DNA of 64,000 nt, from the NCBI RefSeq assembly GCF_036507355.1, contig NZ_AP027877.1, one strand, 5' to 3'. Each line of letters begins with the position of its first letter. Positions within the stretch are counted from its first letter, which is position 1. Both the position numbers and the translations under genes were made by a program. The stretch comes from Escherichia coli (lineage in GTDB: Bacteria > Pseudomonadota > Gammaproteobacteria > Enterobacterales > Enterobacteriaceae). Below, in pieces: positions 1-11,657 of this stretch. Under the pieces are notes generated by a model. The model had not been told where the DNA came from. It did no database searches and was given only the letters and a program-made list of their open reading frames with translations.

Positions 1-1131
1 CCACCATTTATCCCAGCCTGTTTTGTCGCTGAAATTAATGTAATCGTTAAAGCTATGCCAGGTTTGCCCGGCGGCAGGTTTCCAGTCACTCCAGCGTTCA
101 CCCAGCGTTTTTTTCAGCTCGTCACCAGAAAGATATAACGCGCCAAACTGATACTCCTGCATATCCGCCAGCGTGGCATAGCCGGTGTGGTTCATCACGA
201 CATCAAAGAGAATACGAATACCGCGCTGATGCGCGCTATCAACCAGCGTCCGTAGATCGGCTTCGCTGCCCATATTGGCATCAAGATTCGTCCAGTCCTG
301 TGTGTAATAACCGTGGTAGGCATAATGCGGGAAATCACCTTTTGTACCGCCGCCGACCCAGCCGTGAATTTGCTCAAATGGGGCGCTTATCCACAAAGCA
401 TTGACGCCCAGCTGCTGGAGATAATCCAGTTTGTTGGTCAGGCCGCGTAAATCGCCGCCGTGAAAAGTACCTATTTCTGCCATACCGTCTTTATGACGTC
501 CGTAACTCTGGTCATTACTGGGATCGCCGTTTTCGAAACGATCTGTCAGCACAAAGTAAACCGTGGCGTTATGCCAGTCGAAAGGGGCAGGGACGTCAGT
601 TTCTGCACGTTCCAGCAGGAGTAAACCGTTGCTGGTGGCAGCGGGTTGTAACGTTATTTGACCGTTCTTCACTATCGCAATTTGCTGGCTGTAATAATCC
701 TGTACGGCGGCTCCTTCCGGAAAAGTGGCGCTGACATCCAGCGTGAGCGGTAATCCATCCCATTTCGGGCATTCACGGACCAGGCTTGCTACCGGTTCGG
801 CGGCGTTCTGGATGGAAATCATCAATGTTGGCGTGCCGGAGCGGGTGTCTATTTGCAGCGTATATTCGCCGTCCCTGAACAATCGCCATTGAGGCGGCGT
901 GTTGCTACAAGGTTGCAGGGAAAGCATCTGATTGAGTTTTATCGCATCCGCAGGCTGCCAGCACTGTTGGTCAAAATTTAGCGTTAGTGGACGCGTACCT
1001 TTGGGCAACTGCGCGTGGCTGACAAATGTTCCCGTTCCCTGTTCACTAAAGGCAGGGAACCCCGGAGAAGTCCAGCTGGCGGCAACGGCGAAGCCAGGAA
1101 GGAGTGTCAGAAAACAGGCGGCGAGTTTCAT
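1..1131 (-). CDS. malS: Periplasmic alpha-amylase MalS, N-terminal 377 codons; the 3' end runs off the window edge
   Basis: Reverse strand from ATG (complement of 1129-1131) reads MKLAACFLTLLPGFAVA... with no stop to position 1; GH13-type DVVMNH motif further in; synteny next to bax. Confidence 0.85.
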   Translation of the reverse strand, partial: MKLAACFLTLLPGFAVAASWTSPGFPAFSEQGTGTFVSHAQLPKGTRPLTLNFDQQCWQPADAIKLNQMLSLQPCSNTPPQWRLFRDGEYTLQIDTRSGTPTLMISIQNAAEPVASLVRECPKWDGLPLTLDVSATFPEGAAVQDYYSQQIAIVKNGQITLQPAATSNGLLLLERAETDVPAPFDWHNATVYFVLTDRFENGDPSNDQSYGRHKDGMAEIGTFHGGDLRGLTNKLDYLQQLGVNALWISAPFEQIHGWVGGGTKGDFPHYAYHGYYTQDWTNLDANMGSEADLRTLVDSAHQRGIRILFDVVMNHTGYATLADMQEYQFGALYLSGDELKKTLGERWSDWKPAAGQTWHSFNDYINFSDKTGWDKWW

Positions 1132-1450
1132 GGCGGATGAGTCCTTATTGCTGCGATTTCAGACAGTTTGCCAGCGATAAGCCAAACAAAACTCATCCCT
1201 GAGCGGTAAGTCCACAGGATGAGAAGCAAGGGTGAGCGATCTCGCGCAAAAAACGGCTGAATTTTGCGATAAACCCCACATTTTCTGCGATTTAGCGCCA
1301 ATCTGAATCGTTAACACGTGACATAGTTTCAGATTTGGACTATTCCTTGGGGTGCTCTTGACAGCTATTTTTGATATGATTTGAGATTCAACTCTCAAAT
1401 TTGTGAAAAATATAAGGTGTTGGAATGATTAAATCCGACCAGGAGACCTG

Positions 1451-2275
1451 ATGATTTTGACTCCCATACGACGATATGGGGCGATGATTCTTATGTTACT
1501 CACTCTGGTGTTTTCGAGTGAGGTGTTAGCGAAGACGCACACAACAACAGCGAGTCAAAAGTCCCACTTAACTAAAGCTAGTAATAAACAGGTAAGCAGT
1601 AAACAAGAGTATTCTCGCAATAGTGCAAAGAGTAGTTCACTTCCTGATTTGCGAAAATACCCTTCCGGAACACCAAGGAAAAAGGCGTTTCTCCGGACCG
1701 TAATGCCTTACATTACCAGCCAAAATGCAGCCATTACTGCAGAACGTAACTGGCTGATTTCAAAACAGTATCAGGGCCAATGGTCACCTGCTGAGCGTGC
1801 GCGTCTGAAAGACATCGCCAAACGCTACAAGGTGAAGTGGTCTGGTAATACGCGAAAAATCCCGTGGAATACCTTGCTTGAACGCGTAGACATTATCCCT
1901 ACCAGTATGGTGGCGACGATGGCTGCAGCAGAAAGCGGTTGGGGAACGTCGAAGCTGGCGCGCAACAACAACAATCTTTTCGGCATGAAATGCATGAAAG
2001 GACGTTGTACCAATGCGCCGGGTAAAGTGAAAGGGTACTCACAGTTTAGTTCTGTCAAAGAATCGGTGAGCGCCTATGTCACTAACCTCAATACGCATCC
2101 GGCTTACTCTTCGTTCCGTAAATCGCGTGCGCAGCTGCGTAAAGCTGATCAGGAAGTGACTGCCACAGCGATGATTCACAAGCTGAAGGGCTACTCGACC
2201 AAAGGGAAGAGTTATAACAACTACCTGTTCGCAATGTACCAGGATAACCAACGGTTAATCGCGGCGCATATGTAA
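1451..2275 (+). CDS. bax: Bax protein (glucosaminidase-domain protein)
   Basis: 274-aa ORF with signal-like N-terminus, position between malS and xylR as in K-12. Confidence 0.8.
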   Translation: MILTPIRRYGAMILMLLTLVFSSEVLAKTHTTTASQKSHLTKASNKQVSSKQEYSRNSAKSSSLPDLRKYPSGTPRKKAFLRTVMPYITSQNAAITAERNWLISKQYQGQWSPAERARLKDIAKRYKVKWSGNTRKIPWNTLLERVDIIPTSMVATMAAAESGWGTSKLARNNNNLFGMKCMKGRCTNAPGKVKGYSQFSSVKESVSAYVTNLNTHPAYSSFRKSRAQLRKADQEVTATAMIHKLKGYSTKGKSYNNYLFAMYQDNQRLIAAHM

Positions 2276-2289
2276 TTGTATTTCCTCGA

Positions 2290-2325
2290 GCCTTATCCGA
2301 CTTGTCGGTCGGATAAGGCTTTTGA
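2290..2325 (+). terminator. Intrinsic terminator downstream of bax
   Basis: Perfect 12-bp inverted repeat gccttatccgac / gtcggataaggc followed by TTTT. Confidence 0.6.
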
Positions 2326-2382
2326 TCGCATCAGGTGGTTGTGCTGAGTTACCTGATGCGACGCCGACAATTCTCATCATCG

Positions 2383-3561
2383 CTACAACATGACCTCGCT
2401 ATTTACATCGCGATACTCTTTTGGCGTCGTGTCATATGCTTTTTTAAAAACAGAGTAGAAATATTGCAGCGATGGATAACCGCACATTTGCGATATCTCA
2501 TTGATCGACAAGGTGGTTGAAATCAGCAGACTGCGCGCTTTCTCCAGCTTCTCGGCATGAATCATGGCATGGATGGTTTCACCCACCTCTTCTTTAAAAC
2601 GCTTCTCAAGATTGGAGCGCGAGATCCCGACCGCATCGAGTACCTGATCCACTTTAATCCCTTTACAGGCGTAATTACGAATGTAATGCATGGCCTGAAT
2701 AACGGCGGGATCGGTCAGCGAACGGTAATCTGTTGAGCGCCGTTCAATGACGCGAACTGGAGGGACCAAAATCCGCTGTAGCGGCATTTCTTCTTTATCT
2801 AATAATCGATGCAACAGTTTTGCCGCCTGATAGCCCATTTGCCGCGCGCCCTGAGCGACCGAAGAAAGGGCGACACGCGACAGATAGCGGGTCAGTTCTT
2901 CGTTATCGATGCCAATCACGCATAATTTTTCCGGTACGGGAATGTGTAGATGTTCACATACTTGCAGAATATGCCGCGCCCGGGCGTCAGTAACGGCAAT
3001 AATCCCGGTTTGCGGTGGCAGCGTTTGTAGCCAGTCTGCCAGCCGATTTTGCGCGTGTTGCCAGTTCTCTGGTGCGGTTTCTAACCCCTGATAAACCACT
3101 CCGCGATACTTTTCTTCGGCGACAAGCTGACGAAATGCATATTCGCGTTCAGTGGCCCAACGTTTGCCGCTTGATTCCGGAAGACCATAAAAAGCAAAGC
3201 GGTTAACGCCTTTCTCTTTTAAATGCAAAAATGCGCTTTCAACCAGCGCATAGTTATCGGTGGCAATGTAATGAACGGGTGGGTAACTTTCTGCAAGGTG
3301 ATACGAGCCGCCAACCCCAACAATGGGGACGTCGACATCAGCCAGCGCTTGCTCGATCTGTTTGTCGTCGAAGTCGGCAATGACGCCATCTCCTAACCAG
3401 TCCTTGATTTTATCAATGCGGGCGCGGAAATCTTCTTCAATGAAAATATCCCATTCCGATTGTGACGCCTGTAAATATTCCCCTACGCCTTCTACTACCT
3501 GCCGGTCATAGGCTTTATTGGCATTGAACAGTAATGTGATGCGGTGATGTTTAGTAAACAT
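2383..3561 (-). CDS. xylR: Xylose operon transcriptional activator XylR (AraC-family C-terminal HTH)
   Basis: 392-aa ORF, periplasmic-binding-like N-domain plus AraC-type HTH at C-terminus; synteny. Confidence 0.95.
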   Translation of the reverse strand: MFTKHHRITLLFNANKAYDRQVVEGVGEYLQASQSEWDIFIEEDFRARIDKIKDWLGDGVIADFDDKQIEQALADVDVPIVGVGGSYHLAESYPPVHYIATDNYALVESAFLHLKEKGVNRFAFYGLPESSGKRWATEREYAFRQLVAEEKYRGVVYQGLETAPENWQHAQNRLADWLQTLPPQTGIIAVTDARARHILQVCEHLHIPVPEKLCVIGIDNEELTRYLSRVALSSVAQGARQMGYQAAKLLHRLLDKEEMPLQRILVPPVRVIERRSTDYRSLTDPAVIQAMHYIRNYACKGIKVDQVLDAVGISRSNLEKRFKEEVGETIHAMIHAEKLEKARSLLISTTLSINEISQMCGYPSLQYFYSVFKKAYDTTPKEYRDVNSEVML

Positions 3562-3638
3562 GGTTCTTTTCCTGCTGAATCATGCAAAAACTCAAAACCG
3601 GTAATACGTTACCGGCTTTGAGAAAATTTTTATCAAAA

Positions 3639-4820
3639 TCAAGAACGGCGTTTGGTTGCGGAGTCCATCCATACTGCCAGCAACAGAATCGCACCTTTAA
3701 CGATATACTGCCAGAAGGTCGGTACATCCATCATACTCATGCCGTTATCCAGTGAAGCCATGATAAATGCCCCCATTACCGCTCCAGCCACGCTCCCGAC
3801 ACCGCCAGCCAGGCTGGTGCCGCCAATCACGCATGCTGCAATTGCGTCCAGCTCGGCGATATTCCCCGCAGAAGGTGAACCAGCGCCAAGTCGAGAACTG
3901 AGGATTAATCCGGCGATGGCTACCATTAATCCGTTAATAGCGAACACGGCAAGTTTGGTGCGTTCAACGTTAATCCCGGAGAGACGTGCTGCTTCCAGAT
4001 TGCCGCCGATGGCATAAATGCGTCGTCCAAATGCCGTCCGCGTTGCCATAAACATTCCGCCGAGTAACAGCAACGTCAGCAGCAGAACAGGAGTGGGAAC
4101 GCCACGATAATCATTCAACAGCCAGATTGCGCCTAATACGATGATAGCGGTTAAAGCCTGGCGACCGACTACTGCGGTAGAGGCCGGAGACTGCAAACCC
4201 AAAGCCTGACGGCGCATTCTTCCGCGCCATTGCCAACCAACAAAAGCCATTAAGCCAAGCGCGCCAATGATGAAGCCGGTGCTGGCGGGGAGATAGCTTT
4301 GCCCAATTTGTGACATCGCGGCGCTGGTGGGGGATACAGTCGTGCCGTTGGTGATGCCAATGAGTATGCCGCGAAATGCCAACATGCCCGCGAGGGTGAC
4401 AATAAATGAAGGAACTTTACGATACGCGACCCACCATCCGTTCCAGGCACCGAGAAGCAGTCCCAGAACCAGCGTCACAATGATGGTAAGTGGTAAAGGC
4501 CAGCCTAGCCAGACGTCACAAATCGCCGCGACGCCACCTAACAGCCCCATCATTGAGCCGACGGAAAGGTCGATTTCAGCAGAAATTATGACGAACACCA
4601 TTCCTACCGCGAGGATGCCGGTAATCGCGGTCTGGCGTAACAGGTTGGAGACGTTACGGGCGCTTAAGTAGGCACCATCGGTGGTCCAGGTAAAGAACAG
4701 CATGATTGCGATGATAGCTGCAATCATCACGAAGACCTGCAAATTCAGTGATTTCAGCCCGGAGAAGCCACCGGATGTCGGTACGGCCAATTTCACTTCA
4801 GACGGATTGCTTTTCGACAT
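3639..4820 (-). CDS. xylH: Xylose ABC transporter permease XylH
   Basis: 393-aa polytopic membrane ORF; overlaps xylG 3' end by 23 nt. Confidence 0.95.
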
Positions 4821-6339
4821 GATGTTCGCTCCTCAATGCGGCTTCCATCACCTGCTCCTGAGTCAGGTTATGATTTATCAGGTTGGCTTTTAGTTTCCCT
4901 TCATGCATCACCAGTACACGATCGCTAAGGCCGAGCACTTCAGGTAATTCGGAAGAGATGACAATAACGGCAATACCCTGCTGGACGAGTTGGTTAATTA
5001 ATTTGTAGATCTCATATTTCGCGCCAATATCAATACCCCTGGTAGGTTCATCAAGAATGAGAATGCGCGGGTTGAGTAACAGACAGCGAGCGAGGATCGC
5101 TTTTTGCTGATTGCCGCCGCTCAAACGTCCAATAGCAAGGTCGGGGGACGATGTTTTAACTTTGAGTTGCTGGATTGATTCCAGAATACATTTTTGCTCT
5201 GCCGCGTCATCAAGCTGGCTAATGCCACCGGTAAATTTATTGAGTGCGGCGAGGGTAATATTTTTACCAACCGCCATTACCGGAACGATGCCGTCGCGCT
5301 TTCTGTCTTCGGGGACCATCGCAATCCCCTGGGCGATGGCTTGCTGACAGTTACGAATATCTACCTGTTTGCCATCAATATAAATTTTTCCTTCCCATTG
5401 TCCGGGCCACACACCAAACAGGCACTGAATGGTCTCGGTACGTCCGGCACCAACGAGTCCGGCAATACCCAGTATTTCGCCACGTTTCAGGGAAAACGAG
5501 ACATCATTAACTCGTTTAATATGACGATTAACCGGATGCCATGCCGTCAGATGTTCAATACGTAATATTTCATCTCCGGTGGTATGTGGTTCATTAGGGT
5601 AAAGCGCGGTTAACTCTCGCCCGACCATCATGGTGATAATATCGTCTTCACTCATTCCGGCAGCATCACGCGTACCAATGTGCTGTCCGTCGCGAATAAC
5701 GCAAATCGTATCGGAAATCGCTTTGACTTCGTTGAGTTTGTGCGAAATATAAATACAGGCGATACCGTGCTGTTGTAGATCGCGAATAATATCCAGTAAA
5801 ACCGACGTTTCCTGCTCAGTTAATGAGGCTGTCGGTTCATCGAGAATTAACAAGCGCACCTGTTTATTAAGTGCCTTGGCAATTTCAACCAGTTGTTGTT
5901 GCCCAAGCCCTAAATCGCCAACGCGGGTATCAGGTGAAATAGATAAACTGACCTGTGCGAGCAGCTTCTGACAGCGTAGCGTCATCAGGTCATAATCCAT
6001 AATGCCATTGTGGGTTATTTCGTTACCCAGGAAGATATTTTCCAGCACGGTCAATTCTTTCACCAGGGCCAATTCCTGGTGAATGATGGCGATACCTTTG
6101 CGTTCGGTATCGCGGATGTGACTTGCCTGAATCTCTTCTCCCGCAAAAATAATTTCGCCTTCGTAGGAGCCATGGGGATAAATACCACACAGCACTTTCA
6201 TCAGCGTTGATTTACCAGACCCATTTTCCCCACAGAGTGAGACGATTTCGCCAGCATTCAACCGCAAGCTGACGTTATCAATCGCCTTCACACTGCCGAA
6301 GGTTTTGGTAATGTTCTTCATTTCAAGTAGATAAGGCAT
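4798..6339 (-). CDS. xylG: Xylose ABC transporter ATP-binding protein XylG (duplicated ABC ATPase)
   Basis: 513-aa ORF with two Walker A motifs ([18 protein letters not shown]). Confidence 0.95.
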
Positions 6340-6416
6340 AACGACTCCACCTAAGCCAATTCATTCACGCGGCATGGAGAGAAATCACGCCCCCGCTCCG
6401 CGCTGGGGCGTAACGC

Positions 6417-7409
6417 TTACAGCTCGCTCTCTTTGTGGAATCCGTCTTTAATTACCGTATCTTTGATGTTGTTTTTATTCACATCGATCGGTGTCAGGAG
6501 GCGGGAGGGGACATCTTTCAGGCCATTATTCAGTGAGGTATCTGCTTTTGGCTCCTGACCATTGCCCAATTCAACGGCAATTTCTGCGGCAGTATTTGCC
6601 AGCAATGTAATAGGTTTATATACCGTCATAGTTTGCGTACCGGCAGCAATACGTTTAATACCTGCGAGATCCGCATCTTGGCCAGAAATTGCTACTTTCC
6701 CTGATAAACCTTGCGCGCTTAATGCCTGAATTGCCCCACCTGCGGTGGCATCGTTTGAGGCAACTACAGCATCAATTTTGTTATTATTGGCGGTTAGCGC
6801 GTTTTCCATAATTTTCAATGCGTTTTCCGGTAACCAGCCATCAACCCATTGGTCACCAACGACTTTAATTTTTCCGGAATCAACGTAAGGTTGTAACACT
6901 TTCATTTGTCCGGCGCGGAACAGCTTAGCGTTGTTATCTACCGGCGAGCCGCCCATCAGGAAGTAATTACCTTGCGGAACAATATCGACCAGGGCTTTTG
7001 CCTGCAGTTCACCGACTTTTTCGTTATCGAAAGAAATATAAAAATCGATATCCGCATCGTTAATCATACGGTCGTAAGCTAATACTTTAATGCCTTCTTG
7101 TTTGGCTTCTTTTACAACGTTACTTAATACCTGACCGTTATACGGAATAATGACAAGAACATCGACACCCCGGTTTATCATGTTTTCAATCTGCGACATT
7201 TGTGTTTCTTCATTGCCATTTGCAGACTGTACAAATACTTTCGCGCCGAGAGATTCTGCCTTTTTCACAAAAATATCTCGATCTTTTTGCCAGCGTTCAA
7301 GACGGAGATCATCAATCGCCATACCTATTTTGACTTCTTTGGCGTGTGCCGCAACGTTGGTAAGCAGAAGTGAGGTGCAAAGGGTGAGTAGAATGTTCTT
7401 TATTTTCAT
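6417..7409 (-). CDS. xylF: D-xylose periplasmic binding protein XylF
   Basis: ORF-track frame 6417..7487; start set at internal ATG giving MKIKNILLTLCTSLLLTNVAAHA signal peptide (330 aa). Confidence 0.9.
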   Translation of the reverse strand: MKIKNILLTLCTSLLLTNVAAHAKEVKIGMAIDDLRLERWQKDRDIFVKKAESLGAKVFVQSANGNEETQMSQIENMINRGVDVLVIIPYNGQVLSNVVKEAKQEGIKVLAYDRMINDADIDFYISFDNEKVGELQAKALVDIVPQGNYFLMGGSPVDNNAKLFRAGQMKVLQPYVDSGKIKVVGDQWVDGWLPENALKIMENALTANNNKIDAVVASNDATAGGAIQALSAQGLSGKVAISGQDADLAGIKRIAAGTQTMTVYKPITLLANTAAEIAVELGNGQEPKADTSLNNGLKDVPSRLLTPIDVNKNNIKDTVIKDGFHKESEL

Positions 7410-7774
7410 GGTGTAGGGCCTTCTGTAGTTAGAGGACAGCTTTAATAAGTAACAATCACCGCGATAAACGTAACCAATTTTTAGCAACTAAACAGGGGAA
7501 AACAATTACAGATTTTTATCTTTCGATTACGATTTTTGGTTTATTTCTTGATTTATGACCGAGATCTTACTTTTGTTGCGCAATTGTACTTATTGCATTT
7601 TTCTCTTCGAGGAATTACCCAGTTTCATCATTCCATTTTATTTTGCGAGCGAGCGCACACTTGTGAATTATCTCAATAGCAGTGTGAAATAACATAATTG
7701 AGCAACTGAAAGGGAGTGCCCAATATTACGACATCATCCATCACCCGCGGTATTACCTGATTATGGAGTTCAAT
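7410..7774. promoter_or_regulatory. Divergent xylFGH / xylAB control region; CRP-like site TGTGA-N6-TCAAT near 7663-7678, XylR operators expected
   Basis: 365-bp AT-rich divergent intergenic region; CRP half-site motifs read directly; XylR sites not individually resolved. Confidence 0.55.
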
Positions 7775-9097
7775 ATGCAAGCCTATTTTGACCAGCTCGA
7801 TCGCGTTCGTTATGAAGGCTCAAAATCCTCAAACCCGTTAGCATTCCGTCACTACAATCCCGACGAACTGGTGTTGGGCAAGCGTATGGAAGAGCACTTG
7901 CGATTTGCCGCCTGCTACTGGCACACCTTCTGCTGGAACGGGGCGGATATGTTTGGTGTGGGGGCGTTTAATCGTCCGTGGCAGCAGCCTGGTGAGGCAC
8001 TGGCGTTGGCGAAGCGTAAAGCAGATGTCGCATTTGAGTTTTTCCACAAGTTACATGTGCCATTTTATTGCTTCCACGATGTGGATGTTTCCCCTGAGGG
8101 CGCGTCGTTAAAAGAGTACATCAATAATTTTGCGCAAATGGTTGATGTCCTGGCAGGCAAGCAAGAAGAGAGCGGCGTGAAGCTGCTGTGGGGAACCGCT
8201 AACTGCTTTACAAACCCTCGCTATGGCGCGGGTGCGGCGACGAACCCAGATCCAGAAGTCTTCAGCTGGGCGGCAACGCAAGTTGTTACAGCGATGGAAG
8301 CAACCCATAAATTGGGTGGTGAAAACTATGTCCTGTGGGGCGGTCGTGAAGGTTACGAAACGCTGTTAAATACCGATTTGCGTCAGGAGCGTGAACAACT
8401 GGGCCGCTTTATGCAAATGGTGGTTGAGCATAAACATAAAATCGGCTTCCAGGGCACGTTGCTTATCGAACCGAAACCGCAAGAACCGACTAAACATCAA
8501 TATGATTACGATGCTGCGACAGTCTATGGCTTCCTGAAACAGTTTGGTCTGGAAAAAGAGATTAAACTGAACATTGAAGCTAACCACGCGACGCTGGCAG
8601 GTCACTCTTTCCATCATGAAATTGCCACCGCCATTGCGCTTGGTCTGTTTGGTTCTGTCGACGCGAACCGTGGCGATGCTCAACTGGGCTGGGACACCGA
8701 TCAGTTCCCGAACAGTGTGGAAGAGAATGCGCTGGTAATGTATGAAATTCTCAAAGCAGGCGGTTTCACCACCGGCGGTCTGAACTTCGATGCCAAAGTA
8801 CGTCGTCAAAGTACTGATAAATATGATCTGTTTTACGGTCATATCGGCGCGATGGATACGATGGCACTGGCGCTGAAAATTGCAGCGCGCATGATTGAAG
8901 ATGGCGAGCTGGATAAACGCATCGCGCAGCGTTATTCCGGCTGGAATAGCGAATTAGGCCAGCAAATCCTGAAAGGCCAAATGTCACTGGCAGATTTAGC
9001 CAAATATGCTCAGGAACATAATTTGTCTCCGGTGCATCAGAGTGGTCGCCAGGAGCAACTGGAAAATCTGGTAAATCATTATCTGTTCGACAAATAA
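7775..9097 (+). CDS. xylA: Xylose isomerase XylA
   Basis: Start at [16 protein letters not shown] (440 aa), 12 nt inside the ORF-track start. Confidence 0.95.
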
Positions 9098-9168
9098 CGG
9101 CTAACTGTGCAGTCCGTTGGCCCGGTTATCGGTAGCGATACCGGGCATCTTTTTAAGGAACGATCGAT

Positions 9169-10623
9169 ATGTATATCGGGATAGATCTTGGCACCTCGGG
9201 CGTAAAAGTTATTTTGCTCAACGAGCAGGGTGAGGTGGTTGCTTCGCAAACGGAAAAGCTGACCGTTTCGCGCCCGCATCCACTCTGGTCGGAACAAGAC
9301 CCGGAACAGTGGTGGCAGGCAACTGATCGCGCAATGAAAGCTCTGGGCGATCAGCATTCTCTGCAGGACGTTAAAGCATTGGGTATTGCCGGCCAGATGC
9401 ACGGAGCAACCTTACTGGATGCTCAACAACGGGTATTGCGCCCTGCCATTTTGTGGAACGACGGGCGCTGTGCGCAAGAGTGCACTTTGCTGGAAGCGAG
9501 AGTTCCGCAATCACGAGTGATTACCGGCAACCTGATGATGCCCGGATTTACTGCGCCTAAATTGCTATGGGTTCAGCGGCATGAGCCGGAGATATTCCGT
9601 CAAATCGACAAAGTATTATTACCGAAAGATTACTTGCGTCTGCGTATGACGGGGGAGTTTGCCAGCGATATGTCTGACGCAGCTGGCACCATGTGGCTGG
9701 ATGTCGCTAAGCGTGACTGGAGTGACGTCATGCTGCAGGCTTGCCACTTATCTCGTGACCAGATGCCAGCATTATACGAAGGCAGCGAAATTACTGGTGC
9801 TTTGTTACCTGAAGTTGCGAAAGCGTGGGGTATGGCGGCGGTGCCAGTTGTCGCAGGCGGTGGCGACAATGCAGCTGGTGCGGTTGGTGTGGGAATGGTT
9901 GATGCTAATCAGGCAATGTTATCGCTGGGGACGTCGGGGGTCTATTTTGCTGTCAGCGAAGGGTTTTTAAGCAAGCCAGAAAGCGCCGTACACAGCTTTT
10001 GCCATGCGCTACCGCAGCGTTGGCATTTAATGTCTGTAATGCTGAGTGCAGCGTCGTGTCTGGATTGGGCCGCGAAATTAACCGGCCTGAGCAATGTCCC
10101 AGCTTTAATCGCTGCAGCTCAACAGGCTGATGAAAGTGCCGAGCCAGTTTGGTTTCTGCCTTATCTTTCCGGCGAGCGTACGCCACACAATAATCCCCAG
10201 GCGAAGGGGGTTTTCTTTGGTTTGACTCATCAACATGGCCCCAATGAACTGGCGCGAGCAGTGCTGGAAGGCGTGGGTTATGCGCTGGCAGATGGCATGG
10301 ATGTCGTGCATGCCTGCGGCATTAAACCGCAAAGTGTTACGTTGATTGGTGGCGGGGCGCGTAGTGAGTACTGGCGTCAGATGCTGGCGGATATCAGCGG
10401 TCAGCAGCTCGATTACCGTACGGGGGGGGATGTGGGGCCAGCACTGGGCGCAGCAAGGCTGGCGCAGATTGCGGCGAATCCAGAGAAATCGCTCATTGAG
10501 TTGTTGCCGCAGCTACCGTTAGAACAGTCGCATCTACCAGATGCGCAGCGTTATGCCGCTTATCAGCCACGACGTGAAACATTCCGTCGCCTCTATCAGC
10601 AACTTCTGCCATTAATGGCGTAA
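9169..10623 (+). CDS. xylB: Xylulokinase XylB
   Basis: 484-aa FGGY-family sugar kinase ORF immediately downstream of xylA. Confidence 0.95.
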   Translation: MYIGIDLGTSGVKVILLNEQGEVVASQTEKLTVSRPHPLWSEQDPEQWWQATDRAMKALGDQHSLQDVKALGIAGQMHGATLLDAQQRVLRPAILWNDGRCAQECTLLEARVPQSRVITGNLMMPGFTAPKLLWVQRHEPEIFRQIDKVLLPKDYLRLRMTGEFASDMSDAAGTMWLDVAKRDWSDVMLQACHLSRDQMPALYEGSEITGALLPEVAKAWGMAAVPVVAGGGDNAAGAVGVGMVDANQAMLSLGTSGVYFAVSEGFLSKPESAVHSFCHALPQRWHLMSVMLSAASCLDWAAKLTGLSNVPALIAAAQQADESAEPVWFLPYLSGERTPHNNPQAKGVFFGLTHQHGPNELARAVLEGVGYALADGMDVVHACGIKPQSVTLIGGGARSEYWRQMLADISGQQLDYRTGGDVGPALGAARLAQIAANPEKSLIELLPQLPLEQSHLPDAQRYAAYQPRRETFRRLYQQLLPLMA

Positions 10624-10791
10624 ACGTTATCCCCTGCCTGACCGGGTGGGGGATAATTCACATCTATATATCTCAGCAATTAATTAATATTTAGTATGAA
10701 TTTATTCTGAAAATCATTTGTTAATGGCATTTTTCAGTTTTGTCTTTCGTTGGTTACTCGTAATGTATCGCTGGTAGATATGGAGATCGTT

Positions 10792-11133
10792 ATGAAAACC
10801 TCAAAAACTGTGGCAAAACTATTATTTGTTGTCGGGGCGCTGGTTTATCTGGTTGGGCTATGGATCTCATGCCCATTGTTGAGTGGAAAAGGCTATTTTC
10901 TTGGCGTGTTAATGACAGCAACTTTTGGCAACTATGCATATCTTCGCGCAGAAAAACTCGGGCAACTGGATAATTTTTTTACCCATATTTGCCAGTTAGT
11001 TGCGTTAATCACTATCGGTCTCTTGTTTATCGGTGTTTTAAATGCACCTATCAATGCTTATGAAATGGTGATCTACCCCATCGCCTTTTTTGTCTGCTTG
11101 TTTGGTCAAATGCGTTTGTTTCGCTCGGTATGA
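10792..11133 (+). CDS. yiaB: Inner-membrane protein YiaB (YiaAB-family)
   Basis: ATG preceded by GGAG; 113 aa; ORF-track frame begins at an upstream TTG (10750). Confidence 0.7.
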   Translation: MKTSKTVAKLLFVVGALVYLVGLWISCPLLSGKGYFLGVLMTATFGNYAYLRAEKLGQLDNFFTHICQLVALITIGLLFIGVLNAPINAYEMVIYPIAFFVCLFGQMRLFRSV

Positions 11134-11178
11134 GCAACATAAAGCTCTTACACATTCAGGAATGAAAGGAATACTGTG

Positions 11179-11616
11179 ATGGACAACAAAATATCAACCT
11201 ATTCACCGGCCTTTAGTATTGTGTCATGGATAGCTCTCGTTGGTGGTATCGTTACCTATCTGTTAGGGCTATGGAATGCAGAGATGCAGTTAAATGAAAA
11301 AGGATATTATTTTGCCGTACTGGTATTAGGACTGTTTTCTGCGGCGTCTTATCAAAAGACCGTTCGGGACAAGTATGAAGGCATACCGACCACTTCCATT
11401 TATTATATGACCTGCCTGACTGTCTTTATTATCTCTGTTACATTACTGATGGTAGGTCTGTGGAATGCGACATTATTACTCAGCGAAAAAGGTTTTTATG
11501 GACTGGCTTTCTTCTTAAGCTTGTTTGGTGCAGTAGCGGTGCAGAAAAATATTCGTGATGCCGGAATAAACCCACCAAAAGAAACACAGGTTACCCAGGA
11601 AGAATACAGCGAATAA
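11179..11616 (+). CDS. yiaA: Inner-membrane protein YiaA (two YiaAB-type modules)
   Basis: ATG 3 nt inside the ORF-track GTG start, AAAGGA Shine-Dalgarno upstream; 145 aa. Confidence 0.7.
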   Translation: MDNKISTYSPAFSIVSWIALVGGIVTYLLGLWNAEMQLNEKGYYFAVLVLGLFSAASYQKTVRDKYEGIPTTSIYYMTCLTVFIISVTLLMVGLWNATLLLSEKGFYGLAFFLSLFGAVAVQKNIRDAGINPPKETQVTQEEYSE

Positions 11617-11657
11617 CTCACGTAAGCCCGGTCAGTCCAATGTGACCGGGCTTTTAC

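Noticed and set aside
1135..1222. GGATGA motifs upstream of malS as MalT boxes
   Set aside because: The motifs are present, but spacing and orientation relative to the malS start could not be validated by eye; too uncertain to annotate.
10624..10660. Palindrome atcccc-N13-ggggat downstream of xylB as a possible terminator
   Set aside because: It is not followed by a T-run; not a canonical intrinsic terminator.
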